A DNA stretch of 63,762 bases, the filler included. It is 4 parts of 4 records of this genome, joined end to end, with 100 filler letters (N's around TTAATTAATTAA, not from the genome) between each part and the next. Parts side by side here need not be neighbours in the genome. Positions count along the whole stretch, not along the records: positions 1 to 21,347 come from DRR378314_635; 3 more parts are not named here. One strand, 5' to 3'. Position 1 is the first letter of the stretch, and every line of letters begins with the position of its first letter. Positions 9,196 through 18,765 of this stretch are shown one piece after another. The position numbers and the translations under genes are program-made. The notes beneath the pieces were generated by a model. That model worked only from the letters and a program-made list of their open reading frames with translations. It had not been told where the DNA came from and ran no database searches.

Positions 9196-10042
9196 AATCC
9201 AGATCAAATAACATGTCGCTGCCCAGATCCATCATCTGAGCCTTCGGGCGCAGGGCCCGGTCCAGCTTCTTGATTTCGGGCAATGAAAACGCGGGGCGCC
9301 CACTGCCGATGATCATCGGGGCAACCATGACGTGAAGCCGATCGAGCAGGTCCGCGTTCAGGAATTCAGACACCGTAAGCCCGCCGCCTTCCACAAATAC
9401 CTTGCGAAGGCCAAAGTCCGCGAGAACGGCGATGATATGGGCTGGGTCCGTAGTGTCATCCTTTCCGAGGCAGGGTACGTCGGTTACACCCTGTCGCGGA
9501 GTCAGCCTGTCACCGGGGTGGTAATCCCCGGCGACAAGGCGGAGAGTGGGTGAGGCTTCGTCGCTGAACAGATGGTGGCTGTCCGGTACCCGGTGGTTTC
9601 GATCAATCACCACCCGAACGGGATTTACCCCGGACGCTTTGCGGACGGTCAGCCGGGGGTTATCGGCGGAGGCGGTTCCCGCACCCACAATGACGGCTTC
9701 CGACACAGCCCTTAACCGATGAAGGTGGGTAATGCCGTCTTCACCGTTGATGAACTTCGAAGCACCGGTGACCGTCGCGATACGCCCATCCAGGCTCTGC
9801 CCCATCTGGCCGATCACCCGCGAGCGCGAACCCTGGGCGACCGGGCAGCATAAAGGCAGGAAAATCGACAGCAGGTTCCTTGCTTCAAGGTCCGCCGGCA
9901 TCCTGAGCGCCCACTCGCCGTCCTGGCCAATATCAAGTGCCGGCTTGTCACTGCCTGGCAATGAGAGTGTCACATTGCTGCGGTTCACTGCGTCGAGTAC
10001 CAGCTCCCATGCGGTGTGTTTATCCAGTGCCTTTGCCGCCAT
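9170..10042 (-). CDS. RibD C-terminal domain reductase (no deaminase domain)
   Basis: Motifs GQSLDGRIAT, VGAGT, DNPRLTVR, VEGGG, APMIIGSG. Convergent on the LPG-synthase gene with 26-nt 3' overlap. Confidence 0.85.
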   Translation of the reverse strand: MAAKALDKHTAWELVLDAVNRSNVTLSLPGSDKPALDIGQDGEWALRMPADLEARNLLSIFLPLCCPVAQGSRSRVIGQMGQSLDGRIATVTGASKFINGEDGITHLHRLRAVSEAVIVGAGTASADNPRLTVRKASGVNPVRVVIDRNHRVPDSHHLFSDEASPTLRLVAGDYHPGDRLTPRQGVTDVPCLGKDDTTDPAHIIAVLADFGLRKVFVEGGGLTVSEFLNADLLDRLHVMVAPMIIGSGRPAFSLPEIKKLDRALRPKAQMMDLGSDMLFDLDFSHSAADG

Positions 10043-10175
10043 ACCGAGTTATTCCGTTGCCAATGGATTCATTATAGGTAGATTGTGTGTAAAGCTATAT
10101 GTACGTTACATTTCCGGTTTGATTCACTAAAAGTGACTTCAGACCACAAGATCAACCCCGGCAGAGAACACTCCT

Positions 10176-10592
10176 ATGCGGTACCTGCAAACCTTTAACC
10201 GCCGCCTGCGGCAGATTCGGGAAGCCGGGCAATTGTCCTGCGGGGACGTGGCGGAAATGTGTGGCGTGGACGAAGCTCGTGTTCTCAGTTGGGAGTCCAC
10301 GGACGCAAGGCAGCGGGCATGGCCAGGGGTCACCGAGTTGCTGGATTTCTGTCTTAAAACCGAAACCCCGCTGGAAGACTTGCTGGACCTTGACGACGCC
10401 GGCGACACCGGCCAGTTGGAGTTGCCTGGCCTGGCATTCAGTCAGGGCGATGACCTGGCGACGGCGCTGAAAGAGCTGGAAAAGGAAATCAGCCGGGTGC
10501 AGCTCTCCGAGGAAGAGGTAGAGCTGCTGCGCCGGTTCCGGAAAACCTCCACTGAAAACCGGCGCATGATCCTGCAGATCCTCGGCAAATAG
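10176..10592 (+). CDS. XRE-family helix-turn-helix protein
   Basis: N-terminal 'RLRQIRE...LSCGDVAEMCGVDEARVLSWE' HTH; C-terminal 'LSEEEVELLRRFR'. Confidence 0.75.
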   Translation: MRYLQTFNRRLRQIREAGQLSCGDVAEMCGVDEARVLSWESTDARQRAWPGVTELLDFCLKTETPLEDLLDLDDAGDTGQLELPGLAFSQGDDLATALKELEKEISRVQLSEEEVELLRRFRKTSTENRRMILQILGK

Positions 10593-10596
10593 GCGT

Positions 10597-11433
10597 TTAT
10601 TTGCCTTTCTTGTAGATGTTCTCGTAGACGTAGTTGGTCGCTTCTACAAACCCGTCGATGCTGCCACAGTCAAACCGGCGGCCCTTGAATTTGTAAGCCA
10701 GCACGCAACCGTTCTTCGCCTGCTCCAGCAACGCATCCGTGATCTGAACTTCGCCGTTCTTGCCTGGGGGCGTACGTTCGATAATGTCGAAAATATCCGG
10801 CGTAAGGATGTAACGGCCAATGATGGCCAGATTGCTGGGTGCGTTTTCCGGAGCGGGTTTCTCGACCATGTCGGTGATGCGGTACAGGCCGTCTTTCATG
10901 GACTCGCCCGCGATCACGCCGTATTTATGGGTTTCGTCTTCCGGTACTTCCTCAATGGCCACGATGGAACAGCGGAACTGGTTGTAGAGCTTTACCATCT
11001 GCGCCAGCACGCCTTCCCCGGCGCCATCCGCGACACAGAAATCGTCGGCCAGCACCACCGCAAACGGGCTATCGCCAACCAGATTACGACCGGTGAGAAT
11101 CGCATGGCCGAGACCCTTCATCTCATTCTGACGGGTAAAGGCAAACGAATTGTTGTCGATCAGCTCCCGGATGGACGTCAGCAGGTCTTCCTTGCCGGAC
11201 CCGGCGATCTGATGCTCAAGCTCGTAACTGATGTCGAAGTGGTCTTCTATCGCGCGCTTGCCGCGCCCGGTCACGAAGCCGAATTCGTGAACACCGGCTT
11301 CCGCAGCCTCCTCAACACCATACTGAACAAGCGGCTTGTTCACGATGGGCAGGATTTCCTTCGGCATGGCTTTGGTGGCCGGGAGAAAGCGGGTGCCGTA
11401 GCCGGCAACAGGGAAGAGACACTTCTTGATCAT
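10597..11433 (-). CDS. galU: UTP--glucose-1-phosphate uridylyltransferase
   Basis: MIKKCLFPVAGYGTRFLPATKAMPKE, GLGHA, VEKP, GEVQITDAL. Confidence 0.97.
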   Translation of the reverse strand: MIKKCLFPVAGYGTRFLPATKAMPKEILPIVNKPLVQYGVEEAAEAGVHEFGFVTGRGKRAIEDHFDISYELEHQIAGSGKEDLLTSIRELIDNNSFAFTRQNEMKGLGHAILTGRNLVGDSPFAVVLADDFCVADGAGEGVLAQMVKLYNQFRCSIVAIEEVPEDETHKYGVIAGESMKDGLYRITDMVEKPAPENAPSNLAIIGRYILTPDIFDIIERTPPGKNGEVQITDALLEQAKNGCVLAYKFKGRRFDCGSIDGFVEATNYVYENIYKKGK

Positions 11434-11800
11434 AACGTTCGTCCTTATTTCGTTTCGGTTACGGCCCGTATGAAGTCAGTCGTCCATGTAGGCTGACTCA
11501 CGAATTGTGCCAAGTGTAACCAAGTTGCTGTATCAAATGGAGGCCTTGGTAGCGAAATGTAGAATTTGGTAATAACCGGCGCCAGTTCCGGGCTTCTCTC
11601 CCTCATTGAAATGTATAGAAAAAACTTTCAGAGGTGTTTGTAATATTCTGTTTTCAAAGAAGATTAACTTTGTAAATTTTGGCAACCAGCAATGGATTTC
11701 GGGACTTTAATGCAATACATTCCGCAGTGACGATTTTTTAAGAGTATCCGGCACTCACCCCAAGGCAGGCAGCCGGCGCTCACTGGCAGGATCAGATACA

Positions 11801-12976
11801 TTGAGACACTCCCTGTTGTTCGCACTTGTTTGGTGCGTACTCAGCCAACCCCTACACGCCGAATCTTCGGGCTCCTGGCTCCGTAATGGCTGGAAGCCCT
11901 ACGCGGATAATTTTGCGGGCCGTGCCGATGCATTCCGTGATGAGCGTGAACACTGGTTGAAGTCCCGGCTGAAATTTTCAGGCAAAACCTCCCTGAACAG
12001 CGACGGCCTGGATGGCGACATTGGCGTCTCGGCCGACAGCCTCGTCGGCAGTAGTGACGCGATCGGATTCCACTATCGCGATGCCCGGTCCCACATAAAC
12101 AGCTCAGACGCGAGCGCTACGTCGTTTCGCTACCGCTTCCCGGCCGGTGCCAATCAGGTCACCCTGGAAACCGGAAGCTCTTATTACCAACACGCCGTGA
12201 CCAGTGGCGACAGGCGATACAGCGCCAGTGGGGAGTCCAGCATCGTAGGCGTGGGTGCCAGTCGGCCCTTATTCTCAAAGTTCGGCCTGGCCTTTGACGG
12301 CATTGCCCGCCATACCGGTCAGGATAGCCGCGCCCTTGAAGAGGGGAGCCTGGTATCCGAGAGTCGTTATGAGTTGTCTTCCGTCGGTGTAAAGGCGCAG
12401 GGCGGCCATGAACTCTGGAAGGGATTGCAGGCCAACACCGGCATTCTTGCCGTCAGCGGTCGTGAATACAGCGCCACGGATTACCGGTTGCAGGACGATG
12501 TCGGCCGTGAGGACGAATTCTACAAAGTCGCCATGTCCGCCTCGCTTGAGCAGGAGCTTTATCGCTGGCGCTGGCGGATTCACGGCCGTTACCAGTTTGC
12601 GGATGAAGATCTCCCGGTATCGGAGTACCTCACCGTGGCTGGTCCCTCCATGATGGCGGGCTTTAACGGCCAGTCGGTGTCGGTGGTACGCGGTGGTTGG
12701 CTGCGCATGGACACGGCCAGCCCGTCCTGGCCGATGCCGTTTATGGACGGTGTGCTCTCCAGCTTGAATGTTGCGGTACTGCATGGCTGGGTGCCCAATA
12801 CAGCGATGCAGGCAGACCGCTATGGGCGGGCCTGTGCCGGCCAGGTGTCCCTCACGTTGAAGGGGCGGGCGTTCTCGGCCGATGTCAGCGTTGGTCGGAT
12901 GATCAGCGCGTCCAGCATGGCCATGACCATGCCCGAACGCCCGGACGTTCGATTCTCCCTCACCATGGGCATTTGA
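11801..12976 (+). CDS. ShlB/FhaC/HecB (TpsB)-like outer-membrane beta-barrel, apparently without POTRA domains
   Basis: TTG start with signal peptide, alternating beta-strand pattern, 'YQFADEDLPVSEYLTVAG...MAGF' resembling the TpsB loop-6 region, C-terminal FSLTMGI. Confidence 0.55.
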   Translation: MRHSLLFALVWCVLSQPLHAESSGSWLRNGWKPYADNFAGRADAFRDEREHWLKSRLKFSGKTSLNSDGLDGDIGVSADSLVGSSDAIGFHYRDARSHINSSDASATSFRYRFPAGANQVTLETGSSYYQHAVTSGDRRYSASGESSIVGVGASRPLFSKFGLAFDGIARHTGQDSRALEEGSLVSESRYELSSVGVKAQGGHELWKGLQANTGILAVSGREYSATDYRLQDDVGREDEFYKVAMSASLEQELYRWRWRIHGRYQFADEDLPVSEYLTVAGPSMMAGFNGQSVSVVRGGWLRMDTASPSWPMPFMDGVLSSLNVAVLHGWVPNTAMQADRYGRACAGQVSLTLKGRAFSADVSVGRMISASSMAMTMPERPDVRFSLTMGI

Positions 12977-13088
12977 TGCCCTTCTGGCCCGCCCCGGCCA
13001 CACTGCCTTACGAAGATGTCACTTGAGACGGCGCCGGTTGCAGGTGCTACATTAAAACGTCGAGTGACATTTCTAAGGTAGGAGCTAC

Positions 13089-14642
13089 ATGCATTCAGGG
13101 AAACGATGGCTGATAGGTTTGGTATTGCCGGGGCTGCTCTACGCCCAGGCAGTGGGGGCGCTTGAGTTCACCGAGATTGTGGATAAGGCGAGAGCAAAGG
13201 CCGAAGGCGAATATCAGCCGCCACCAGCGGTGCCCGGGTTCCTGAGAAACCTGAGCTACCGTGATTACCAATCCATCCGTTTCAATCCGCAAGCCAGCCT
13301 TTGGCGTGAAGGCCGCTCCCGATTCCAGGTAATGATGGTGCCTCCCGGAAGCTACTACACCCACACGGTCACGTTGAACGAGGTGGATGCCGATGGTGTC
13401 AAGCCAATACCGTTCGACAAGTCCGAATTCAGCTTTCCAAACCCGGAACTCGCCAAAAGGGTTCCCGCAGACCTGGGGCATGCGGGCTTCAAACTAACGT
13501 ATCCGATGGGAGACGGCGAGGAACAGAACCAGTTTCTGGTGTTTGCAGGGGCCAGTTACTTCCGCGCCGTCGGTGCGGATAACCACTTCGGCCTGTCGGC
13601 GCGAGGAATTGCCATTGATACCGGCCTGCCGTCGGGCGAGGAAGTGCCATCGTTTGTTGAATTCTGGCTCGAGCGGCCAGGAGGCGGCAGTGACCGCATG
13701 CGTGTCTATGGTCTGCTGGATGGTCCCAGCGTGACGGGGGCCTACCGCTTCGACATTCAGCCCGGCCCAACCACACGTATCGATGTCACAGCGGAACTGT
13801 TCTATCGCAATCCGGTGGATCAACCGGGGATGGCACCGCTGACGTCCATGTTCTACTACGGCGAGAATTCCGGCATGCCCCCGGGTGAGTGGCGACCGCA
13901 GGTGCACGATTCCAGCGGGCTATTGATACACGATCAGGGAGCCGAAGAGTGGTTGTGGCGTCCATTGGTCAATCCATCGCGCCTCAGGCTGAGCTATCTG
14001 CAGGTTGATCGCCTGGCTGGGTTCGGGTTGATGCAGCGGGACACCGAGTTCCATCAGTTTGAAGACGCCGAGGCGCGATACGACAAGCGGCCCAGTGCCT
14101 GGGTTGCGCCACGGCAGGGATGGTCCAATGGTGAGGTCGTGCTGGTAGAAATCCCGACAGACGCGGAGACAAACGACAACATTGTGGCTTTCTGGAAACC
14201 CAAGGAGCCCGTGCAGAAAGGGGATCACCGGTCGTTTGCCTATAGCCTCCATTTTGGCGATCAGGACGTATCCCGCCAGGACACCGGGCGGGCATTGCAA
14301 ACGTTTGTGGGTGACGGGAATCGCCCCGGAGGCGGATCGGAAGAGGGGGCCTATCGGATCATTGTGGATTTTGATGGCGGTCCTCTGGACAACCTCAAGC
14401 CCAATGCCGCCCTTGTCAGTAAGGTCAGTGAAGGAAGCGGCAATAGCGACGCTGTTGAAATCCTGGAACATTTCGTTGAGTACGTTGAGGCAGACGGAAC
14501 CTGGCGCCTGTCGATGCTGGTTCGCCCGGTGGGTGAGGGAGACGCGGTGCTGCGGGGGCAACTGTTGCTCGATAACAAGCCGCTGACCGAGACCTGGACT
14601 TACTCCATTGGCCCGGATTCCGGGTTTGGCCAGAATCAGTAA
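13089..14642 (+). CDS. opgG: glucan biosynthesis protein G
   Basis: Sec signal; LSYRDYQSIRF, FAGASYFRA, FGLSARGIAIDT, RPQVHDSSGL, ETNDNIVAFW, TETWTY. Confidence 0.92.
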   Translation: MHSGKRWLIGLVLPGLLYAQAVGALEFTEIVDKARAKAEGEYQPPPAVPGFLRNLSYRDYQSIRFNPQASLWREGRSRFQVMMVPPGSYYTHTVTLNEVDADGVKPIPFDKSEFSFPNPELAKRVPADLGHAGFKLTYPMGDGEEQNQFLVFAGASYFRAVGADNHFGLSARGIAIDTGLPSGEEVPSFVEFWLERPGGGSDRMRVYGLLDGPSVTGAYRFDIQPGPTTRIDVTAELFYRNPVDQPGMAPLTSMFYYGENSGMPPGEWRPQVHDSSGLLIHDQGAEEWLWRPLVNPSRLRLSYLQVDRLAGFGLMQRDTEFHQFEDAEARYDKRPSAWVAPRQGWSNGEVVLVEIPTDAETNDNIVAFWKPKEPVQKGDHRSFAYSLHFGDQDVSRQDTGRALQTFVGDGNRPGGGSEEGAYRIIVDFDGGPLDNLKPNAALVSKVSEGSGNSDAVEILEHFVEYVEADGTWRLSMLVRPVGEGDAVLRGQLLLDNKPLTETWTYSIGPDSGFGQNQ

Positions 14643-14657
14643 AGCGGGGATTTGCTC

Positions 14658-14915
14658 ATGCCGGACACCTCATGTCAGCGGGCGCTTGAGAGGGTGCTGA
14701 CGTATCTGCGCGATGACGGTGTTGTACTCGATGCAGGCGCCTGTCGACAGGTATTGCGCCTCGTGGAGCGTGCCATGATCGAAGGCGATGGATCAGACCT
14801 GCCCGCTCGCTGTATCGAGCGTGTGTCAGAGTATTTTGAGCGGCCTGCCATGGAAATTCCGCCATCCACTCCGCCCCTTGAGCGCGGCCACCTGGGGTAC
14901 TATCCCTATGAATGA
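14658..14915 (+). CDS. small hypothetical protein between opgG and opgH
   Basis: About 85 aa, in operon, stop overlaps the opgH start; ends with Pro-rich 'PPSTPPLERGHLGY'. Confidence 0.65.
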   Translation: MPDTSCQRALERVLTYLRDDGVVLDAGACRQVLRLVERAMIEGDGSDLPARCIERVSEYFERPAMEIPPSTPPLERGHLGYYPYE

Positions 14916-17019
14916 GGCCGTCAACACCGGTGTTCAGGTGCGCCCGGGAAACTGGCGTCGCGTTGCCACCGTGCGGCGCTTTTTCCTCACGTTGTTTGTG
15001 GTGGGGCAAACGGTCATCGCCAGTTATTTCCTGCTCTGGATTCTGCCGTACCACGGTGGAACATGGGTGGAACTCGGCCTGCTGGGTCTGTTCATCCTTC
15101 TTTACATGTGGATTGCGGTGGGTTTCTGGACCGCAGTCTTCGGGTTCGTGCTCAGGCTGATCGGCGGTGACCGGCACAGTCTTCTCAAGCGGCATCCGAA
15201 GTCGCAACTCGAAAATACGGCACTGGCCAAAACCGCCATTGTTATGCCTATCTACCACGAGCCTGTCCAATGGACGCTGAGCGGGTTGAAGGCGGTCTAT
15301 CAGGACATTGAACGGACGGGCCATCTGGAGCAGTTTGAATTCCATATTGTCTCCGACAGCCGAGACCCGAACGTCTGGCTTGAGGAGCAGGCGGAGTGGC
15401 ACCGATTGTGCGAAGAGCTGGGGGCGGAAGGCCGGCTTTTCTATCGCCGCCGGCGGGTGAATCTCAATTTCAAGAGTGGCAACGTCGCGGATTTTCTGCG
15501 GCGTTGGGGGCGCCGCTACCGATACATGGTGGTGCTGGATGCTGACAGCCTGCTCAGTGCGGGAACCATTGTCAAAATGGTTCAACTGATGGAGCAGGAA
15601 CCCAGCGTAGGTATCTTGCAGACCGCCCCCACCATCATCAACGGTGAGTCACTGTTTGCCCGCGTGCAGCAGTTTGCAAACCGTCTGTATTCCTCCCTGT
15701 TCGCCACCGGCCTGGCGGCGATCCAGATGGGCGATGCGGCGTTCTGGGGACACAACGCCATCCTGCGTGTCGAGCCGTTCATGGCGCATTGCGGCCTGCG
15801 AAAGTTGCGGGGGTTCGGTCTGTTCCGTGGGCCCATCATGAGTCACGATTTCGTGGAAGCTGCCTACATGGGCCGTGCCGGTTACGAGGTGTGGCTGGAG
15901 CCTGAGCTAGGCAACAGTTTTGAAGAATCACCTCCAACCATCTCCGATGAGCTCTCCAGGGACAACCGCTGGTCCAGGGGCAACCTGCAGCATCTCTGGA
16001 TTTTACTGTTCGAGCGAAAGCTACGCCTGGCCCACAGGATGGCGCTGCTTAACGGCATTATGGCGTATCTGGCGTCGCCACTCTGGCTGGGATTCCTGAT
16101 TCTGACGACGGTTGAAGCCGTACAGATGACGGTCGCCAGCATCAATTATTTCCCGGAAGGGCACCAGGGGCTTTTCCCCCTATGGCCCGAATGGCGGCCT
16201 GAGTGGGCCATCGGGCTTGCGTTGAGCACCCTGTCATTGCTGTTCCTGCCGAAATTCCTGGCCATTTTCGACGCGGCCATTCACGGTCTTGCCAGGGGGT
16301 TTGGCGGCGTGTGGCGACTGTTCACGAGTGTCCTGCTGGAAATCGTGGTATCGGTCCTGCTGGCGCCGGTCCGGATGATGGCGCACAGCCGATACGTGCT
16401 GGGTGCCCTTCTCAACGTTTCACTGTCCTGGGCTGGCCAGAACCGCACCGAGGAGACCACATGGCGGGACGCTTTCCTTACTCAGTTTCCGGGCATGCTC
16501 GTTGGTGCTGGCTGGTCCGCCTTCGCCTGGAGCCTGGACCCCATGTTCTTCCTGTGGTCACTGCCCGTCGCGGTGCCCCTGGTCCTGGCGGCGCCGACGT
16601 CAGTGGTGCTGAGCCGTGTAGGGCTGGGCCGCGCATTCAGGCACAGACATCTTCTGGTGATTCCGGAAGAACTGACGCCGGTTGACGTCTTGCACGATGC
16701 GAGGAGCGCAAGGGCCGCGAGTCATGGTGACTCTCTGATCACCGCTGTAGAAGCGGCCGTCATCCGGCCCAGATTGAACCGCCTCCACCTGGCGCTGGCG
16801 CGGGAACATCGGCAGCCCAAGAGGGCGGAATTGCTTGCGCCATTGGTCGCCCGGATTGCGGATAAGGGGCCAGATTCGCTCTCCCGCCGCGAGCTCAGCC
16901 AGGTATTCCGTGATCGCGCTGCGCTTGCGGAGCTGCACCAGTTGGCCTGGCGTTCGCCCCCGGAAAGTTTCTGGGGAAGACGGATATCCAGTCTGGGAAA
17001 GGACCGGTCTGAACAGTAA
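14908..17019 (+). CDS. opgH: glucan biosynthesis glucosyltransferase H (GT2)
   Basis: Likely start MNEAV at 14908; TAIVMPIYHE, KSGNVADF, VLDADS, SHDFVEAA, RWSRGNLQH, multiple TM helices. Confidence 0.95.
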   Translation: MNEAVNTGVQVRPGNWRRVATVRRFFLTLFVVGQTVIASYFLLWILPYHGGTWVELGLLGLFILLYMWIAVGFWTAVFGFVLRLIGGDRHSLLKRHPKSQLENTALAKTAIVMPIYHEPVQWTLSGLKAVYQDIERTGHLEQFEFHIVSDSRDPNVWLEEQAEWHRLCEELGAEGRLFYRRRRVNLNFKSGNVADFLRRWGRRYRYMVVLDADSLLSAGTIVKMVQLMEQEPSVGILQTAPTIINGESLFARVQQFANRLYSSLFATGLAAIQMGDAAFWGHNAILRVEPFMAHCGLRKLRGFGLFRGPIMSHDFVEAAYMGRAGYEVWLEPELGNSFEESPPTISDELSRDNRWSRGNLQHLWILLFERKLRLAHRMALLNGIMAYLASPLWLGFLILTTVEAVQMTVASINYFPEGHQGLFPLWPEWRPEWAIGLALSTLSLLFLPKFLAIFDAAIHGLARGFGGVWRLFTSVLLEIVVSVLLAPVRMMAHSRYVLGALLNVSLSWAGQNRTEETTWRDAFLTQFPGMLVGAGWSAFAWSLDPMFFLWSLPVAVPLVLAAPTSVVLSRVGLGRAFRHRHLLVIPEELTPVDVLHDARSARAASHGDSLITAVEAAVIRPRLNRLHLALAREHRQPKRAELLAPLVARIADKGPDSLSRRELSQVFRDRAALAELHQLAWRSPPESFWGRRISSLGKDRSEQ

Positions 17020-17048
17020 CGCGCTTAAAAACTTGATGGGAGCATCAC

Positions 17049-18635
17049 ATGGACAGACGCACATTGATCAAAACTTTCGTCGGTCTGGCGGGCGCCCAGG
17101 CGTTGCCCCTCTCGGCATTGCTTTACAGTAGCTCCAGCCTGGCGGGTGAAGTTGGTGGCACCAAGCCGTTCAGCTACGCGTGGCTAAAAGGCCATGCCCA
17201 GGCATTGGCCGGAGAGCCCTGGGTATCACACGAAGGGGAGTTGCCCGGATCGCTGAAGGCTCTGTCCTGGGACGACTATCAGGCCATTCGCTTTCGGCCA
17301 GAAGAGGCCCTTTGGCGAAACGACGACAATGCCTTCCAGGTTCAACTGTTCCATCTCGGCCTCTACTTCAAATCGCCTGTGCGTATCCACGAGGTGGAGA
17401 ATGGCCAGGCCCGGGAATTGGCGTACAAACCGGAATACTTCCAGTATGAGGGTGAGCAACCTTTGGGAACCCTGCCGGAAGATCTGGGTTATGCCGGTTT
17501 TCGAGTGCATTTCCACACCGATTATGAGCGTGACCTGGCAGCGTTCCTCGGCGCGAGTTACTTCCGGGCGGTCGGGTCCGATATGCAATATGGGCTTTCT
17601 GCAAGGGGCCTCGCCCTCGACACCGCGATGGACAGCGGGGAAGAGTTCCCTCAGTTTTCCGCCTTCTGGCTAGAGAAGCCTGAGCCCGGTAGCAAACACA
17701 TGATCGTGTATGCGCTTCTGGATTCACCCAGCACGACCGGTGCTTACGCATTCACGTTGACACCCGGGCGGAATATGGTGATGAAGGTGGATGTTGCTCT
17801 GTATCCGCGCAAGCCCCTTGAACGGGTAGGGATCGCTCCACTGACCAGTATGTACCAGACCGGTGAGAACGATCGCCGCATGGCGTACGACTGGCGCCCC
17901 GAAATTCACGATTCGGACGGATTGGCCATCCTGAACGGCAACGGTGAGTGGCTGTGGCGGCCCCTGGTGAATCCTCGTTCACTCCGGGTAAACACGTTTG
18001 TTGACAATGATCCTCGTGGGTTCGGTTTGCTGCAGCGCGACCGACGGTTTGCCAACTACCAGGATGACGGCGTGTTCTACGAGAAGCGACCGAGCGCCTG
18101 GGTCACCCCTCATGATGATTGGGGGAAGGGCAGTGTGATGCTGGTGGAAATCCCCACCAAGGATGAGACGTTCGACAACATCGTGGCCTTCTGGAACCCC
18201 GAGCAGCCCCTCGAGCCGGGGCAGGAATATCTATACGGATACACGCTTTCCTGGGGAGCTGAGCCACCGATGGAGCCGGAGGAGCTGGCCACGGTTCAGG
18301 CGACCCGCACGGGGTTGGGCGGCGTCGTGGGGCAAGAACGAAAATACTTCTCGTGGCGGTTCGCTGTGGACTTTGCCGGTGGCGCGCTACCGCTGATCGG
18401 GGAAGACGCTGACGTCAAGCCGGTTATAACCGCCAGCCGCGGTGATATCGAAATTACCTCAGCGCGCCCGTTGGACTCCATAGGTGGCTATCGGGCCATG
18501 TTTGATCTGGTTCCGGATGACTCCCTGGAGCCGATCGACCTGCGACTTCAGCTCAAGCTTGGTGACCAGGTGCTTACTGAAACCTGGTTGTACCAGTACA
18601 CACCCCCTCCCGAGGATGAGCGCACGCTCTACTAA
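17049..18635 (+). CDS. opgD: glucan biosynthesis protein D (Tat-exported OpgG paralog)
   Basis: Twin-arginine signal MDRRTLIK; FLGASYFRAVG, YGLSARGLA, RPEIHDSDGL, TETWLYQ. Confidence 0.92.
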   Translation: MDRRTLIKTFVGLAGAQALPLSALLYSSSSLAGEVGGTKPFSYAWLKGHAQALAGEPWVSHEGELPGSLKALSWDDYQAIRFRPEEALWRNDDNAFQVQLFHLGLYFKSPVRIHEVENGQARELAYKPEYFQYEGEQPLGTLPEDLGYAGFRVHFHTDYERDLAAFLGASYFRAVGSDMQYGLSARGLALDTAMDSGEEFPQFSAFWLEKPEPGSKHMIVYALLDSPSTTGAYAFTLTPGRNMVMKVDVALYPRKPLERVGIAPLTSMYQTGENDRRMAYDWRPEIHDSDGLAILNGNGEWLWRPLVNPRSLRVNTFVDNDPRGFGLLQRDRRFANYQDDGVFYEKRPSAWVTPHDDWGKGSVMLVEIPTKDETFDNIVAFWNPEQPLEPGQEYLYGYTLSWGAEPPMEPEELATVQATRTGLGGVVGQERKYFSWRFAVDFAGGALPLIGEDADVKPVITASRGDIEITSARPLDSIGGYRAMFDLVPDDSLEPIDLRLQLKLGDQVLTETWLYQYTPPPEDERTLY

Positions 18636-18667
18636 GGCCATCCTGGGTGGTGTGTTTGCGTGCAGCC

Positions 18668-18763
18668 TGTTAACAATTCACACGTCACGGCTGTGGTGGA
18701 TTGTTGACAATAATCTCGTTTGGGCGTAGATTCCGGGTCATTATAGTCACTATTGTTGACAAA
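18668..18763 (+). promoter_or_regulatory. PrpR (GntR/FadR-type) operators overlapping a sigma70 promoter
   Basis: Near-palindromes ATTGTTGACAAT (18700-18711), ATTGTTGACAAA (18752-18763), TGTTAACAAT (18668-18677); TTGACA (18704-18709), 17-bp spacer, TAGATT (18727-18732). Confidence 0.75.
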
Positions 18764-18765
18764 AT

